64,000 nucleotides of DNA from Methanomassiliicoccaceae archaeon (GCA_963728405.1 CAVSJV010000007.1:64001-128000); one strand, 5' to 3'. Shown: positions 30,886-42,624, counted from the stretch's first letter. The notes: generated by a model from the sequence alone, not told the origin. Made by a program: numbers and translations.

Positions 30886-32042
30886 CTAGGTAACGATTTC
30901 CTTGACCCGGCCCTCTTCGACGGCCCGCCGCACTTCCATCGCCAGCCTCCGCCCGGTGGACACGTTCTTCCTCCACAGGGAGTTGCCGTAGGCGTGGCCG
31001 ACGTTCATGTGGACGTTGGTCCCGCCGCCGATCCTCGGAGCCACGTCGTAGATGTAGAACTGAGGTCCTTGTCCACGCAGGTCTGGAGGCAGAACGGCCC
31101 GATGATGCCGGGGGCGAAATGCTCCTTTGCAGCGGCGACGAACTTCTCCGCCAGCTCGAAGGCATTCTCTAGGAGCGACTCGCGAATGGTCGCAGAGTTG
31201 TGGCCACAGACCGTGTACTCCGGGACCTTCTGCTCGTCGTTCAGGGTGAGCTGCTGGGCGGCCGGTATCCTGACGTGGCCGTCCAGGGACGACTCGAAGC
31301 GCCAGTCCACGCCGATGAGCTCGACCCTCTCGCCCTGCCTCTCCAAGGGGGAGTAGAAGAAGTCCAGGTTGAACACCGGCCCGATGATGTACTCCTCCAT
31401 GCGGGCGTGGTCCAGGGACCCCTGCTCGATCACACCCTGCTTGATGAGCTGCTCGGACTTCTCCTTGTACTCCTTGTAGGAGGCGCAGGTGAAGAAACCC
31501 CGCTCCAGCTTCTTCTTGGCATGGTGCAGCTTGACTATGCTGAGGGAGTTGATATCCTTGGGGTCGGTGATCTTCCTCGGGTAGGGTAGCCCGGCCTTAT
31601 CCAATAGCCAGTAGTAGTCCTTGGGCCCGCCGCGGTCCTCGCTCCTCAGCAGGTTCCTCGACCCCACCAGGGGCACCTGGAAATCATCCTCCACCGCATC
31701 GATGGAACAGTAGGAGGTGAAGGACCGGTTGGGGACGAACAGGGTGCTACGGCTCCTTAGGTCGTTCATGACCTCCGGCCTGAGGATATCCTTGAACTTG
31801 GGGAGCAAGAGGACCTCGTCGACCATCCCCCTCGTGATATTGCCATTCTTGTCCCGGAACGCTTTGAAGTAGCGCGAGTACGGGGTGTCCCTTCCGTCCT
31901 GGCAGACGGCCAGGGTCCGGAAGCCTTCCTCTACCGCCCCGTCACAGGTGTCCAGCGCGGAGTGGGAGCCCAGGACGCCGATCTTGGCGGTGCTCAGGTC
32001 ATAATCTTCCACCATTTCTTGGACGACCTTTCTCTCTATCAT
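30886..32042 (-). CDS. purP: PurP-family ATP-grasp (formate--AICAR ligase family), frameshift near the C-terminus
   Basis: GSHSALD...GAVEEGF, VPNRSF, ERGFF, EEYIIG, IGPFCLQ; C-term RIGGGTN...GRRLAME...KEIVT*. Confidence 0.88.
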
Positions 32043-32092
32043 GAACAATCACCGTTGATGCTAGGTGAAGGAGGTAGGGCAAATAAAGGTTA

Positions 32093-33329
32093 TCAGGTGA
32101 CCGCACCCAGCCCCAGGGCGAAGATGACCCCCATGAGCGCCAGGGCTCCGATCGAATCGATGGCCGATGAGGTCAGGGGGATGCCGTGATCGTCGGGGTT
32201 GAGCGAAAGCCGGTAGGTGAACACTGCAACATAGTAGGAGATGATGTTCAGGCACGTCACGGTCGATCAGGCCAGCGGTCAGGGAGAGGAACACCATCTC
32301 CAGCAGACTGGGCGTTCCCAGGCCGAGGAGTACGGCCACGGTGTACGACGATATCCCCACCAGGGCGAACACCCACAGTGCGAACAGGTAGATGATGGCA
32401 AAGTTCTCCAGGGCCGCTCGACCGGGCGTCCGGCTCGGTTTCAAGATACCCATGTGGAGCAGCGAGGAGAACCGCGAGGTCAGTATACCGCCCAGGGCGT
32501 TGGCGTCCTCCAGGAAGGGAGGGATGAGCACCAGAAGTGCCGGCAACGCCACCAGGCTCTCCAGCTGCTGGTCGATGGTGACACCGGCGACGATGTCCAG
32601 CAGGATGCACAGTGTCAGCACAGGGGAGCTCTGGATGAAGATCCGGCGGGCTTCCCCTGCCCCCCGGGTCAGAGCGAGGTAGGCGAGGGCGACGGTGACG
32701 ATGACGAAAGCTATCGACAGCAGCAGGACGGTCCAACTGGGGGCGCCCAGGACGATTATAGCTGCCAGAAAGAGCATGGGCAGGGTCACGATATCCCCGG
32801 CTGCGGTGATCAGCGGGGCGGAGATGTTGTCGATGTCCCAGTTCCGCCGGAACCCCAGGGAGGCGACCAGGATGTTGATGAGGATGAGAACAAAGCCGGC
32901 CAGCACCCCCCCGAGCACGGAGATGAAGATGAAGGCCTCGAACGGGCCGGTGCTGACCCCCAGCCCTTCGGCCACGATCTTGGCCAGGACCCCCATCAGC
33001 ACCGACATGACCAGGGTCAATAGGAGGGATGACTCCATGTTGCTCCTGAGGATGCTGCCCTTACGGAACGACAGCTCGAACGTGCCGATGTGCATCGAAG
33101 TGCCCAGACGGCTCCCCAGCGCCCCATAGACGTTGCCGCGCATGCCAATGGCCGGGGGTATCAATATCATGAGCCCGGGGAGCAGCTGCAGTGTCCCGGT
33201 CATGGAGCCCAGGGTAGCGCCAGCGAGCAGGTCCCCGAGCGACGATATCATTAGGGCCACCAGGCCCAGGGTGAAGACCGATTTATTGCGAGAGAAGAAT
33301 GACCTCGTACCCTGTAGCAAACGGCTCAC
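32093..33329 (-). CDS. MgtE-like divalent cation transporter (duplicated membrane domain)
   Basis: PPAIGMRGNVYGALGSRL, DIDNISAPLITAAGD, second repeat LNPDDHGIP after a frameshift. Confidence 0.85.
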
Positions 33330-33575
33330 CCCGCATACGGAAGCCTATCATCCCTATATCAATTTCTTCAGCTAGGGTGGCTATATTGGCGGATGCAAGC
33401 CCCCGACCCCTCCGATAATTGATATATATCGGTTAAGGATTAATGGAATGCGTGAGTTGGTATGGCTCCGTGATGGCGTGGTGGACATCAATTGAATGGA
33501 AGAGCGGTTAGCGATATTAATATGCTGAAGAGCTTCCGTTTTACCCCGCCACGCATAGTGGGAGGATGCTGATCG

Positions 33576-34209
33576 ATGCCTTTTTTCGATGAGCCTGACA
33601 ACGAGGAGAAGGAAAACCTCACCGTCAGGGAGCTGCTCACCGAGATGAAAGACATTTCCGAAGTAGTGGTCGACCTGGCCTATGCCGCCTTGCTCTTTGA
33701 CAGCCAGGAGATCGGAGCCGAGGTAAGGCATCTGGGCTCTCGTATGGACACCCTGAACCACGAGATCAAGATCCGGATGATGCTGGCATCCCGCACCAAG
33801 GAGGACGCGGTCCAGCTGTCCGGCCTTTTACAGGTGGCGGAGGGGGCGGCGTCCATATCCAAAGCCGCCGGGGACATCGTCGAGCTCCTGGAGCTCAATC
33901 CCAAGACCACCCCCATCATCAGCCTGGTGCTCAAGGAGGCCGAGGAGAAGATCCGCCTTCTTACACTATCCGACCAATCGGACATGAAGGGCCGGACCCT
34001 AGAGGACCTGAGCGTGGAATCGGAGACTGGGATGAGGATCATCGCCATAAAGCGCGGCATCCGCTGGATCTATCGATCCGGACGAAGAGGTCAAGCTGAA
34101 GGAAGGCGACGTGATGGTCGTCCGGGGGACCGAGGACGGATTTGAACGCCTGCGCCGGTTCGCATCGGGGGCGGAACGATGGCCCGTATATCCGCCGCAG
34201 GAGGAATGA
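33576..34209 (+). CDS. PhoU + TrkA-C (RCK-C) domain protein (frameshift near end)
   Basis: LLTEMKDISEVVVDLAYAALLF; GRTLEDL...TGMRIIAIKRG. Confidence 0.82.
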
Positions 34210-34796
34210 TGGGCGCCCTCGAGGACATGCTGCTGGAGATCAAGGACACCTCCGAACTGATGGTCGACCTGGCCTACTCTTCCCTATTGTACAACAACGG
34301 CGAGATCGCGGATGAGGTCTACCAGCTCGACATCAGGATGAGGGAGCTGGAGGATGAGATCCAGGAGATGGCCATCCAGAATGCCACGGTGGACAAGGAC
34401 ATCAAAACGGCGCTGCTCATCATCCGGATGGCCCACTCGGTCGGCGAGATCTCCACCGCCGCGCTCAAGATCGCCGATGTGGTGCGGAGGGACGTGCCCC
34501 CCCATCCCGTCATACAACTGTCATTGAGAGAGACGGATGTCATCATCACCGCGGTCGCGGTGGGCGGGGGCTCCGACCTGGCCGGGGCGACCCTCGGTTC
34601 GGTCAAGTTGGCGTCTAACAGTGGAATGTATGTCATCGCCATCCGGCGGGGGCGCAGGTACATCTACGGCCCCGATGCCAGCACTCCTATCATGGAGGAC
34701 GACACATTGTACGCTCGCGGTCCGGAGGATGGAGAACAGTACCTCAAGGACCTGGCCAGCGGCAAAGAGCACCTGGAAGCTAAGGACCTTAAGTAG
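34206..34796 (+). CDS. PhoU + TrkA-C domain protein, paralog
   Basis: LLEIKDTSELMVDLAYSSLLY; GMYVIAIRRG...GPDASTPIMEDDTLYARG. Confidence 0.85.
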   Translation: MMGALEDMLLEIKDTSELMVDLAYSSLLYNNGEIADEVYQLDIRMRELEDEIQEMAIQNATVDKDIKTALLIIRMAHSVGEISTAALKIADVVRRDVPPHPVIQLSLRETDVIITAVAVGGGSDLAGATLGSVKLASNSGMYVIAIRRGRRYIYGPDASTPIMEDDTLYARGPEDGEQYLKDLASGKEHLEAKDLK

Positions 34797-34818
34797 TCTG
34801 GATAAGGGGATGAAAAAG

Positions 34819-34891
34819 TAGCCCCGGGCAGATTCGAACTGCCGTCGCAAGGTCCAGAGCCTCGCATGATTGACCGCTACACTACGGGGCT
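34819..34891 (-). tRNA. tRNA-Gln(CTG)
   Basis: Minus strand AGCCCCGTAGTGTAGCGGTCAATCATGCGAGG-CTCTGGA-CCTTGCGACGGCAGTTCGAATCTGCCCGGGGCTA. Confidence 0.95.
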
Positions 34892-34968
34892 GTAGTAGTT
34901 GCCTGGAAAAAGCTCTTGGCTTTTAAATGTATCGCTCCGGGACCGGGGGGCGCCCGGTCCGCGCAGCC

Positions 34969-35608
34969 TTACTGTTTGAACTTCTTGATCGCGGCGATGA
35001 TGCGATCGTAGATCTCATCGATCTCGCCCTGACCGTTGACGTTGATCAGGATGCCCCGGTCAGCGTAGAGCTTTGACAGGGGCAAGGTCCGCTCATTGTA
35101 GACCCGGAGCCGCTCGCGCACCACTGTTCTCGGTGTCATCGGTCCGCTGGTACAGCTCCCCACCGCACTTGTCGCACTTGCCGGCGATCTTGGGCGGCTT
35201 GGCGATCAGGTGGTAGACCTCATTGCACTGCTTGCAGATGCGGCGGTTCACGATGCGGTCGACGATGATCTGCTCGTCCATGTCCAGGTTCACGGCTATG
35301 TTGACCTGGGCGATCTGGTCCAGCATCTTCGCTTGTTCCAGATTGCGCGGAAATCCGTCCAGCAAGAACCCGCCCTTCAGCCCGGCCAGTTTCTCCTGGA
35401 TAAGTCCGATGACCAGCTCGTCAGGCACGAGCTTACCGGCGTCCATGAACCCCTTGGCCTTCACGCCCAAAGGAGTGTTGTTGCGCACCGCTTCCCGCAG
35501 GAGGTCCCCAGTCGATATCAAGGTGAGGCCGAGCTCCTTGCACAGCCTCTTCGCCTGGGTGCCCTTTCCCGATCCGGGAGCGCCCAGCAGCACCATCTTA
35601 GCGTCCAT
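34969..35608 (-). CDS. adk: Adenylate kinase (bacterial-type with Zn lid; frameshift at about 35125)
   Basis: GAPGSGKGTQA, STGDLLR, LDGFPRN, CKQC...CDKC, QRTDD; C-term VRERLRVY in another frame. Confidence 0.95.
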
Positions 35609-35680
35609 GGGAATGTCGTATATGCTCCTCCCTTAAGCCATTTTTCTCCATCCCCAATGATTTTATCAGACTGATGCGTC

Positions 35681-36241
35681 ATGGCTACGATAGGTGATGC
35701 CATGCTCGCGGGAAAGAACATCGGCCTCCGGCCCCTGCAGACCGAGGACGTCTGGTTGTTGTATAAGTGGTTCAATGACCGCCGGGTCATCGAGGACCTC
35801 GGCGCTCAGCGAGCCCTTTTCTGTGTCTCCATGGAAGAGGAGCGCAAGATCGTGGAGAGGCGGCTGTCCTCCCCCACCGACCGCGATTTCATCATATCTG
35901 ACCTCGAGAACGACAAGGCCATCGGTTGGGCTTCATTATCGCGTATCGACCAACGTAATGCCGCGGCCGAGGTATTCATCATCATCGGGGAGACCTCGGA
36001 ATGGGGAAAGGGCCGTGGTAAGGAAGTGACCAGGATGCTCGTTGAACACGCCTTCAACGTCATGAACCTTCACCGCATCTACCTACGGGTGCCGGAATAT
36101 AATCAGAGGGCCATCGCATGCTTCACCGCCTGCGGTTTCCAGAAGGACGGCGTCCTGCGCGACGACCATCACCATCTGGGCGCCTACATGTCGTCGCACC
36201 TGATGAGCGCGCTTAGGAGCGAAGGGAGGGGAGAACGATGA
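35681..36241 (+). CDS. RimJ/RimL-type GNAT acetyltransferase
   Basis: WGKGRGKE...AFNVMNLHRIYL...YNQRAIACFTACGFQKDGVLR. Confidence 0.88.
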   Translation: MATIGDAMLAGKNIGLRPLQTEDVWLLYKWFNDRRVIEDLGAQRALFCVSMEEERKIVERRLSSPTDRDFIISDLENDKAIGWASLSRIDQRNAAAEVFIIIGETSEWGKGRGKEVTRMLVEHAFNVMNLHRIYLRVPEYNQRAIACFTACGFQKDGVLRDDHHHLGAYMSSHLMSALRSEGRGER

Positions 36242-36783
36242 TCGAAGGCGCCCTGGTCCGGCTGAGGTGCCCAGAGCGAGGGGACCTGCCCACCCTGGTC
36301 AGGTGGATAAATGACCCCGAGGTCACCGAGTTCCTGCAGTTCGAGCCGCCCATGTCCCTGGAGGACGAGGAGGTATGGTACCAGGAGATGTTGAAGAGCA
36401 AGGACCGGGTCTTCGTCATCGAGAGCAAGGACGGAAAGCTTATCGGCAATATCGGCCTCATAGGGTTCGATTGGAAGAACCGGAGGACCGACATCGGCAT
36501 CATGATCGGCGAGAAGGAGGCCTGGTCCAAGGGCTATGGTACCGACGCCATCACCGTCCTGCTGCGCTACCTGTTCGGAGAGCTTAACCTCAATCGCGTC
36601 TCCCTCTTCACTGACTCCACCAACGCCCGGGCCTTGAGGTGCTACGAGAAGTGCGGCTTCCAGACCGAAGGGCTCATGCGAGAGTATCGCTTCAAGCGGG
36701 GGCGGTACATCGACTGCGTCCTCATGTCCATCCTTCGCCGGGACTGGGAACGTTCGGGCGGGCGGAAATGGCCGTCACCGTAG
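36238..36783 (+). CDS. RimJ/RimL-type GNAT acetyltransferase, tandem paralog
   Basis: WSKGYGTDA...FGELNLNRVSL...NARALRCYEKCGFQTEGLMR; ATGA overlap with the previous gene. Confidence 0.9.
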   Translation: MIEGALVRLRCPERGDLPTLVRWINDPEVTEFLQFEPPMSLEDEEVWYQEMLKSKDRVFVIESKDGKLIGNIGLIGFDWKNRRTDIGIMIGEKEAWSKGYGTDAITVLLRYLFGELNLNRVSLFTDSTNARALRCYEKCGFQTEGLMREYRFKRGRYIDCVLMSILRRDWERSGGRKWPSP

Positions 36784-36807
36784 GTCAACGTACGCTGGCC
36801 TCTGAGG

Positions 36808-37748
36808 TCACTTCAGCACCTCTTCATATGCTTGCATGACCCGCTTCACGATCTCGTCAGCAGAGTGCTTCTCCCTGACATAGTTACGTCCGGCCAGGCC
36901 GATCTCCCTCATCCGGGGCAGGTCACTTATGCTCTTGGCGAGGGCTTCCTTCAGCGAACCGATGTTCGGCTCGATGGTGATGACCGGGCAGCCGGGATAG
37001 AAGCGACGATACTCCTGGTCGAAGGTGGATATGGAGACCTTGCCCATGGCCATGGCCTCGAAGGTGGCCAACCCGATGATGCTCGGTATGCCCACCGTGG
37101 GGGCGTCGATGACCTGGTCGATGAGGATGTGGATCTCGCCAGCTCCTTCATGGCCGTGGCATGGTCCACGCGGTCGAGGATGACATATTCGAAGTAGAGC
37201 CCCTCTTGTTTCAGCTCCTCCAAGGCCTGATGGATGAGGTCAGTGCCCTTGGCCCTTCGATTGGTGGCCATGTGGAACACCCGCGGACTGGCCGCTGCAT
37301 CGAAGGAATATTCGTGCGCTCCCACCGGATTGGGGACGTATTCGCCGTCGGGGATCCATTTCAGCAGGTCTGGCCGGGATAGGAACTTGTGGTGGGCCAG
37401 GAACCTATAGTGCATGCCGTAACCGTCTCTGGTCTCGCTGCCGTGGTAGTGCACCACCATCGGCTTCCTCAGGTACAGCCCCATGGCCAGGACGTCCCAT
37501 CGCTTCCGATGGATGCCCCCGTGGACATGGATGATGTCGAAGCCCTTAGCGTACCGCAGGATCCGCCGCCCATTGGCGATGTCCCCGGACAGGCTTTCGT
37601 GGGTGTAGTAGAAATCCACATCGTGCGGCTCGTTCAGCGTATTGGACCAGGTCTCCATGACCACCGCGTGGTGGCCCAACCTCCGTTGGGCCTGGGCGAG
37701 CTGGTTGGCCACCCCGGCCTGGTTCTCCACGTGAAGGATCCGCATCAT
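36808..37748 (-). CDS. Glycosyltransferase family 4-like (frameshifted)
   Basis: MRILHVENQAGVA, FDIIHVH, VVHYHGSE, RRAKGT, IIGLATFEAMAMGK, GRNYVREKHS. Confidence 0.82.
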
Positions 37749-37846
37749 CTCCACTGAACAGCGAACGGGTAGAAAAAGGAAAAGCTTCTTCCAGCGAAAA
37801 CTGTCCTCGGCAAGGATGATATGCTCTGGCGACAATGGTCGGACCC

Positions 37847-39035
37847 ATGGCAGAACGGAAGGACGAGGTCGCCCTGGTCGGATGCGATGACTACGATCGC
37901 GAGCGGGTCCTGACCGCAATAAGGAGACTCCTTGGAGATGCTGGGCGGTCTGGATCGTTTCGTCGCTCCCGGGCAGCGCGTTCTGCTCAAGCCAAACCTC
38001 CTCCTGGCCGCCCCGCCGGAGAAGTGCGTGACGCCCCACCCGTCGGTCGTTTTCGCGGTGGGGAAACTGCTGAAGGACCATGGGTGCAAGGTGATCATCG
38101 CCGACTCCCCCGGAGCCGGCCTGTCCTACTCCGAAGGGGGTCTCCGGAAGGTGTACGCCGCTACCGGTCTGGACAAGGTGGCCGAGGAGCTGAACATCGA
38201 ACTGAACTTCGATACCACCTACCAGGAGGTCCCCAATCCCGACGGCCGCAAGGTCAAGCGGTTCGTGGTGATCAGCCCGGCCCTGGAGGTCGATGCCATC
38301 GTTTCGGTATGCAAGGCCAAGACCCATGTTATGACTGCCATGACCGGGGCGACCAAGAACACCTTCGGCCTGCTCCCGGGCTGGGAGAAGCCCAGCTTCC
38401 ATTCCAGGATGGAATCGGCCAGCGACTTTGCGGAGATGCTGGTCGACCTGAACGATCTGATGAGGCCACGCCTCCATATCATGGACGCCATCATGGGCAT
38501 GGAAGGCGATGGGCCGAACAACGGCGACCCTCGCAAGATCGGTGCGGTGGTGGCATCGGCGAACTGCCATGCCCTGGACGTGGTCGCGGCCAGGCTCATG
38601 GGCTTCGAACCAAAGGACATCTGTACCATACGGGCAGCGATCGGAAGGGGCCATTTGGACAAGGATCTGGCCGGCGTCACGGTACGGGGGATGCGGATCG
38701 ACGACCTGGCGGTCAAGGATTTCAGGAAGCCCTCGACCTATGTGCCCGGGGGGCAGTACGAGCAGGGTCGGTTGATGCGTTCGGTTGCCAAGCTCGCCCG
38801 AGCCTACGCCCTGCGGCCCGAGGTCATCACCGAGCGGTGCGTCGGCTGCGGCCAATGCGAGAGGGTATGCCCCAAGAAGACGGTGAAGGTCAAGAATGGC
38901 AAGGCCCGGTTCAAGTACGGCGAATGCATCCGTTGCTACTGTTGCCATGAGATGTGCCCGCACGATGCCATCGCCCTGCGGCACAGCGCCGGCGGACGTC
39001 TGCTGGCCCGGATGACCGGGGGCAAAGCTCGCTAA
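37847..39035 (+). CDS. DUF362 + 2x[4Fe-4S] protein (frameshift near start)
   Basis: VLLKPNLL, KAKTH...MTGATKNTFG, DAIMGMEGDGP, CVGCGQCERVCP and CIRCYCCHEMCP. Confidence 0.9.
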
Positions 39036-39134
39036 GGCATGTCCGCAAAATGACAAAAGCAGGCGGAGTGTGACAGGCCCGGAGCGACTTGATTATTATC
39101 CGCCTTGAACACTATCCCCCTTTCGGAAGATAAG

Positions 39135-39530
39135 ATGAAGTTCGAGGAGTTCAAGAAGGATACCGAGATCAGGGCCTCGGTCCGCAAAAAGGAATATTCC
39201 ATCGCCAAGGTCGCCACGGTCCCGACGCTGGACCAGAAGGTCTTTGCCGTGATCACGGACGGCGCCGAGATCACCGTGGTGGCGGAGGTCGATCACGGGC
39301 TCAAGGTGCTCGAGGAGGAGGAACCCTTCCGCATAATCTCCTTCGACACCAAGCTGCCGTTCGACCTGATCGGCTTCCTTGCCTATATAACAAAACTGCT
39401 GGCCGATCAGAACATAAGTTTGTTTGCCATCTCATCGTTCTCAACGGACCATATCCTGATGAAGGAGGCCTACTTGTCAAAAGCGATCGAGGTGCTCAAG
39501 GGCGCCAAGGTCAAGATCGACATGAAATGA
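39135..39530 (+). CDS. ACT-domain protein (CASTOR/ACT_7-like)
   Basis: EITVV...LPFDLIGFLAYITKLLADQNISLFAISSFSTDHILMK. Confidence 0.85.
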   Translation: MKFEEFKKDTEIRASVRKKEYSIAKVATVPTLDQKVFAVITDGAEITVVAEVDHGLKVLEEEEPFRIISFDTKLPFDLIGFLAYITKLLADQNISLFAISSFSTDHILMKEAYLSKAIEVLKGAKVKIDMK

Positions 39531-39555
39531 AAAAAGGAAGAGGGACGGTCCGTTC

Positions 39556-39966
39556 TCAGACCATCTTCTTTCCGGCGTCGTAGGTGGCGCTCTGGTTCCA
39601 GACCTCGGTAGGTTCGAAGACCCAGACCCCCCGCGCCTGCAGCCCCATGGACTTTAGGGCCGCATTCATCTGTTCGAACAACGGTCCGGCGGTGACGTAG
39701 TCCTTCACCTTGGCCCGGACCTCGTACGACTTCATCTCCATGGTCACCAGGATGGAGACCAGGCTGCCGTCGGCCTTGGCATTCTCCAGGTTCTTGCTGG
39801 TGTGCTTCATGAGGATGGCCCCGGCCATGATCATCTCGGGGCTCGCGGCCTTCAGGCTTCCCAGCTGCACCAGGTGGATGTTGCCTCCCTCGCTCTTCGT
39901 TCCCAATACCCTGGCCGACTTCGGATCGTTTATCGCTTTCATTACTTCTTCAGGTAGACCCACCAT
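39556..39966 (-). CDS. Pyridoxamine 5'-phosphate oxidase-like FMN-binding protein
   Basis: RVLGT...KHTSKNLE...SYEVRAKVK...GPLFE...EVWNQS. Confidence 0.8.
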   Translation of the reverse strand: MVGLPEEVMKAINDPKSARVLGTKSEGGNIHLVQLGSLKAASPEMIMAGAILMKHTSKNLENAKADGSLVSILVTMEMKSYEVRAKVKDYVTAGPLFEQMNAALKSMGLQARGVWVFEPTEVWNQSATYDAGKKMV

Positions 39967-40120
39967 GGTAGTTCACCTGAATAAGGGAGGCAAGCGATAC
40001 CGCTTATAGGTTTGCGGCCTCTGCAATCATAGAAACCTCCGTAGGCCGTGATGAAGGGACGAAAACCGCATGTATCGGGTCCAAACAAAGTAAGATTTAT
40101 TATCGGACATCGGCCATGGC

Positions 40121-41569
40121 GTGCTCAGTGATGTCATGGACCAGGACGTGGTTGCTCAGATAGGATCGATCGTTGGCGAGAAGAACTGCTCCACCCGGAT
40201 AGCGGACCTGTATACCTACGGTTTCGACTCATCCATCCATCACGTCACCCCGGATATCGTTGTCCAGCCCCGTAGCACCGAACAGGTGGCTAAGCTGATC
40301 AAACTGGCCAACTCGCTCAGGATCCCAGTAGTTCCACGCGGCGCCGGTACTGGCCTTTGCGGCGGGGCTGTGCCCCTCAAGGGCGGGATGGTCATCGATC
40401 TGACCAGGATGAACAAGATAAAGGAGGTCCGGGTCGAGGACCTCTTCTGTGTATGCGAGGCCGGTGTGGTCTACGATAGTCTGCAGAAGGCGCTCGGTCC
40501 GTTCAAGTTCACCTTCCCTCCGACCCCAGGCAGTGCCGAAGCGTGTACCATCGGCGGTATGGTCGCCACTAACGCCTCGGGCATGCGAGCCGTAAAGTAT
40601 GGGGGTACCAGGGACTATGTCCTCGGCCTGGAGGTCGTGCTCCCGACCGGTGAGATCATCAGGGTGGGGACAAGAACGCTGAAGAACGCTTCCGGATATC
40701 AGCTGGAGCGTTTGTTCGTGGGCAGCGAGGGCACTCTGGGCATAATCACCGAGGTCACCCTACGTATCGTGCCCAAGCCGAAGAAGATGGCCATGATCCT
40801 GGCGGGGTTCGATACCCTGGAGAAGGCCGGCAAGTGTGTCTCCGCGCTCATCGCCAAACCTCTCCTGCCGTCGGCGGTCGAGCTGATGGACTCGACCTGC
40901 ATCCGGGCCGTCAACAAAGCGATCAATGCCGGCCTGCCGGACGTAGCAGCGCTGTGCATGATCGAGGTCGATGGCGACCCCAAGGTCGTGGCCGAGGAGC
41001 TGATCGAGGTGGTCAAGGTGGCAGAGTCCATCGGCGCGATCGGCCTGCAGCGATCGGACGATGCCGCCCAGATGGCCAAGTGGACCAACGCCCGGAAGAG
41101 TGTCATGTCCGCCCTGTCCCGGTACGGAGAGGGCTCGGTCTCCGTCTCCCTGGCCGATGATATGGCGGTGCCCATCTCCCAGATACCCGAGGCGGTGGTC
41201 GAGTTCGGCAAGATCGCCCAGAAGTATGGCGTCATCATCGGGACCTATGGACATGCCGCCGATGGCAACCTACATACCAAGATGCTCTTGAACCCCGAGT
41301 CACCTGAATCATGGCGCAACGGGGAGAAAGCCGTCCGTGAGATCTTTGACACATGCATCCGGCTTGGCGGCACTGTCACCGGGGAGCACGGCGTCGGCAT
41401 ATCTAAGGCCCCCTACTTCCAGAAGGAGAGGGCCACTGCCCTCGGGGCGATGAGGGCTGTCAAGAACGCCCTCGATCCGAACGGCATCATGAACCCCGGC
41501 AAGATGCAGGAGTGGGAGGGTTGCATTATCCAGCATCTCAGGTACCCCTGCCCTGACCAGAAGGACTGA
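40121..41569 (+). CDS. FAD-linked oxidoreductase, GlcD/D-lactate dehydrogenase family
   Basis: VPRGAGTGLCGG, TIGGMVATNASG...KYG, FVGSEGTLGIITE, GHAADGNLH, GEHGVG, DPNGIMNPGK. Confidence 0.93.
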   Translation: MLSDVMDQDVVAQIGSIVGEKNCSTRIADLYTYGFDSSIHHVTPDIVVQPRSTEQVAKLIKLANSLRIPVVPRGAGTGLCGGAVPLKGGMVIDLTRMNKIKEVRVEDLFCVCEAGVVYDSLQKALGPFKFTFPPTPGSAEACTIGGMVATNASGMRAVKYGGTRDYVLGLEVVLPTGEIIRVGTRTLKNASGYQLERLFVGSEGTLGIITEVTLRIVPKPKKMAMILAGFDTLEKAGKCVSALIAKPLLPSAVELMDSTCIRAVNKAINAGLPDVAALCMIEVDGDPKVVAEELIEVVKVAESIGAIGLQRSDDAAQMAKWTNARKSVMSALSRYGEGSVSVSLADDMAVPISQIPEAVVEFGKIAQKYGVIIGTYGHAADGNLHTKMLLNPESPESWRNGEKAVREIFDTCIRLGGTVTGEHGVGISKAPYFQKERATALGAMRAVKNALDPNGIMNPGKMQEWEGCIIQHLRYPCPDQKD

Positions 41570-42223
41570 TCAGAAGAAAAAGGTGGTGAAATTGGCGAGG
41601 AACGCCAGTATGCCGCAGACGCCGAAAGCGGCCACATAGATCGGAACGTTCCATCTCATCACCTTATATCCATCAAAGGGCGGGATCGGTAGCAGGTTAA
41701 ATGCTGCCAACATCAGGTTGATGGATCCGATCAGGTAGAGTGCGAAGGCCAGCAACCCTGAGTTGAGCACAACGCCGGCCGTTAGGAATGCCAGCCCCAG
41801 CCCGAGATTGGTCAGCGGCCCGACTATGCTGATGACCCCATTCTGCTTGCGGTTGATCATCCCCTGGATGTACACCGCGCCGGGTGCAGCGAAGATGAAC
41901 CCCATGAATGAGAACACCACCGCCAGCATGAGGCCGAATGGATAGGCCCGAAACTCCGCCCATGCCCCGTTCCTCTGGGCCATCACCTTGTGGGCGAACT
42001 CGTGGAGCATGAATCCGGTGAGCACCGCGGTAAGCGATACTCCAAAAGCGAACAGGAGACTGTCCATCGTGCTTAAACCGCTCACCCGCGGGGTGAGGTA
42101 GAAGAACATGGTGAACGCGAAGGTGAGCGCCGCCACGGCGATGAAGATGTTCTTCAGCTCGGTCTTGCCAAAGGTGATCTTGCCATAGCCAGGAGGTATG
42201 TATATGGTCTTCGGGTCGTACAT
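41570..42223 (-). CDS. Site-2 protease (M50) family membrane metalloprotease
   Basis: HEFAH, GPLTN, FNLLPIPPFDG. Confidence 0.92.
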   Translation of the reverse strand: MYDPKTIYIPPGYGKITFGKTELKNIFIAVAALTFAFTMFFYLTPRVSGLSTMDSLLFAFGVSLTAVLTGFMLHEFAHKVMAQRNGAWAEFRAYPFGLMLAVVFSFMGFIFAAPGAVYIQGMINRKQNGVISIVGPLTNLGLGLAFLTAGVVLNSGLLAFALYLIGSINLMLAAFNLLPIPPFDGYKVMRWNVPIYVAAFGVCGILAFLANFTTFFF

Positions 42224-42317
42224 CTCGCCTCCGCACTAGGGCCATCTTGCTAATAAATATTGACCCGACGCTCCCGGGTCCCCCGACAAAAGACCTGCTT
42301 TCTTCCTTCCGCCCATA

Positions 42318-42467
42318 CTATAAGATGAACGCGAGGATGGCCAGTATGATGAATGTGATGAAGAGCCACTTGGCTACCAAGAACGAGAATCCAGCTACCC
42401 CGGATAACCCGAGCAGGGCGGCAATTATGGTCGATGCGATGAACGGCACCATAAGTTCCAGTATCAT
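42318..42467 (-). CDS. Small membrane protein, DUF1328/UPF0391-like (49 aa, below the ORF-track cutoff)
   Basis: Hand translation MILELMVPFIASTIIAALLGLSGVAGFSFLVAKWLFITFIILAILAFIL* matches the IAAxxGxxGxA...AKxLFxxF pattern. Confidence 0.7.
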   Translation of the reverse strand: MILELMVPFIASTIIAALLGLSGVAGFSFLVAKWLFITFIILAILAFIL

Positions 42468-42624
42468 TCCTATCGACCCCCGTTGCGCCTCATGATCATT
42501 TAAGTGCCAGGCCAGCCATATTGGCTCTTTCGGTCATCTGGTCTTCGATCGGACGGCTGGTCAGGCCGGCTGTCCGCCTGAGCAAAAGCTCTTATCATCA
42601 TGCCCAATCTCCAACCTCGACCCG

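Noticed and set aside
32093-34796. MgtE-like transporter with two PhoU/TrkA-C genes
   Set aside because: A familiar conserved archaeal arrangement; nothing unusual seen.
36951-39056. Long antisense ORFs (e.g. the 701-aa ORF here, 60216-61481, 18320-19390)
   Set aside because: Shadow frames of GC-rich genes on the opposite strand. Only the part of 36951-39056 below 37748 is the real glycosyltransferase.
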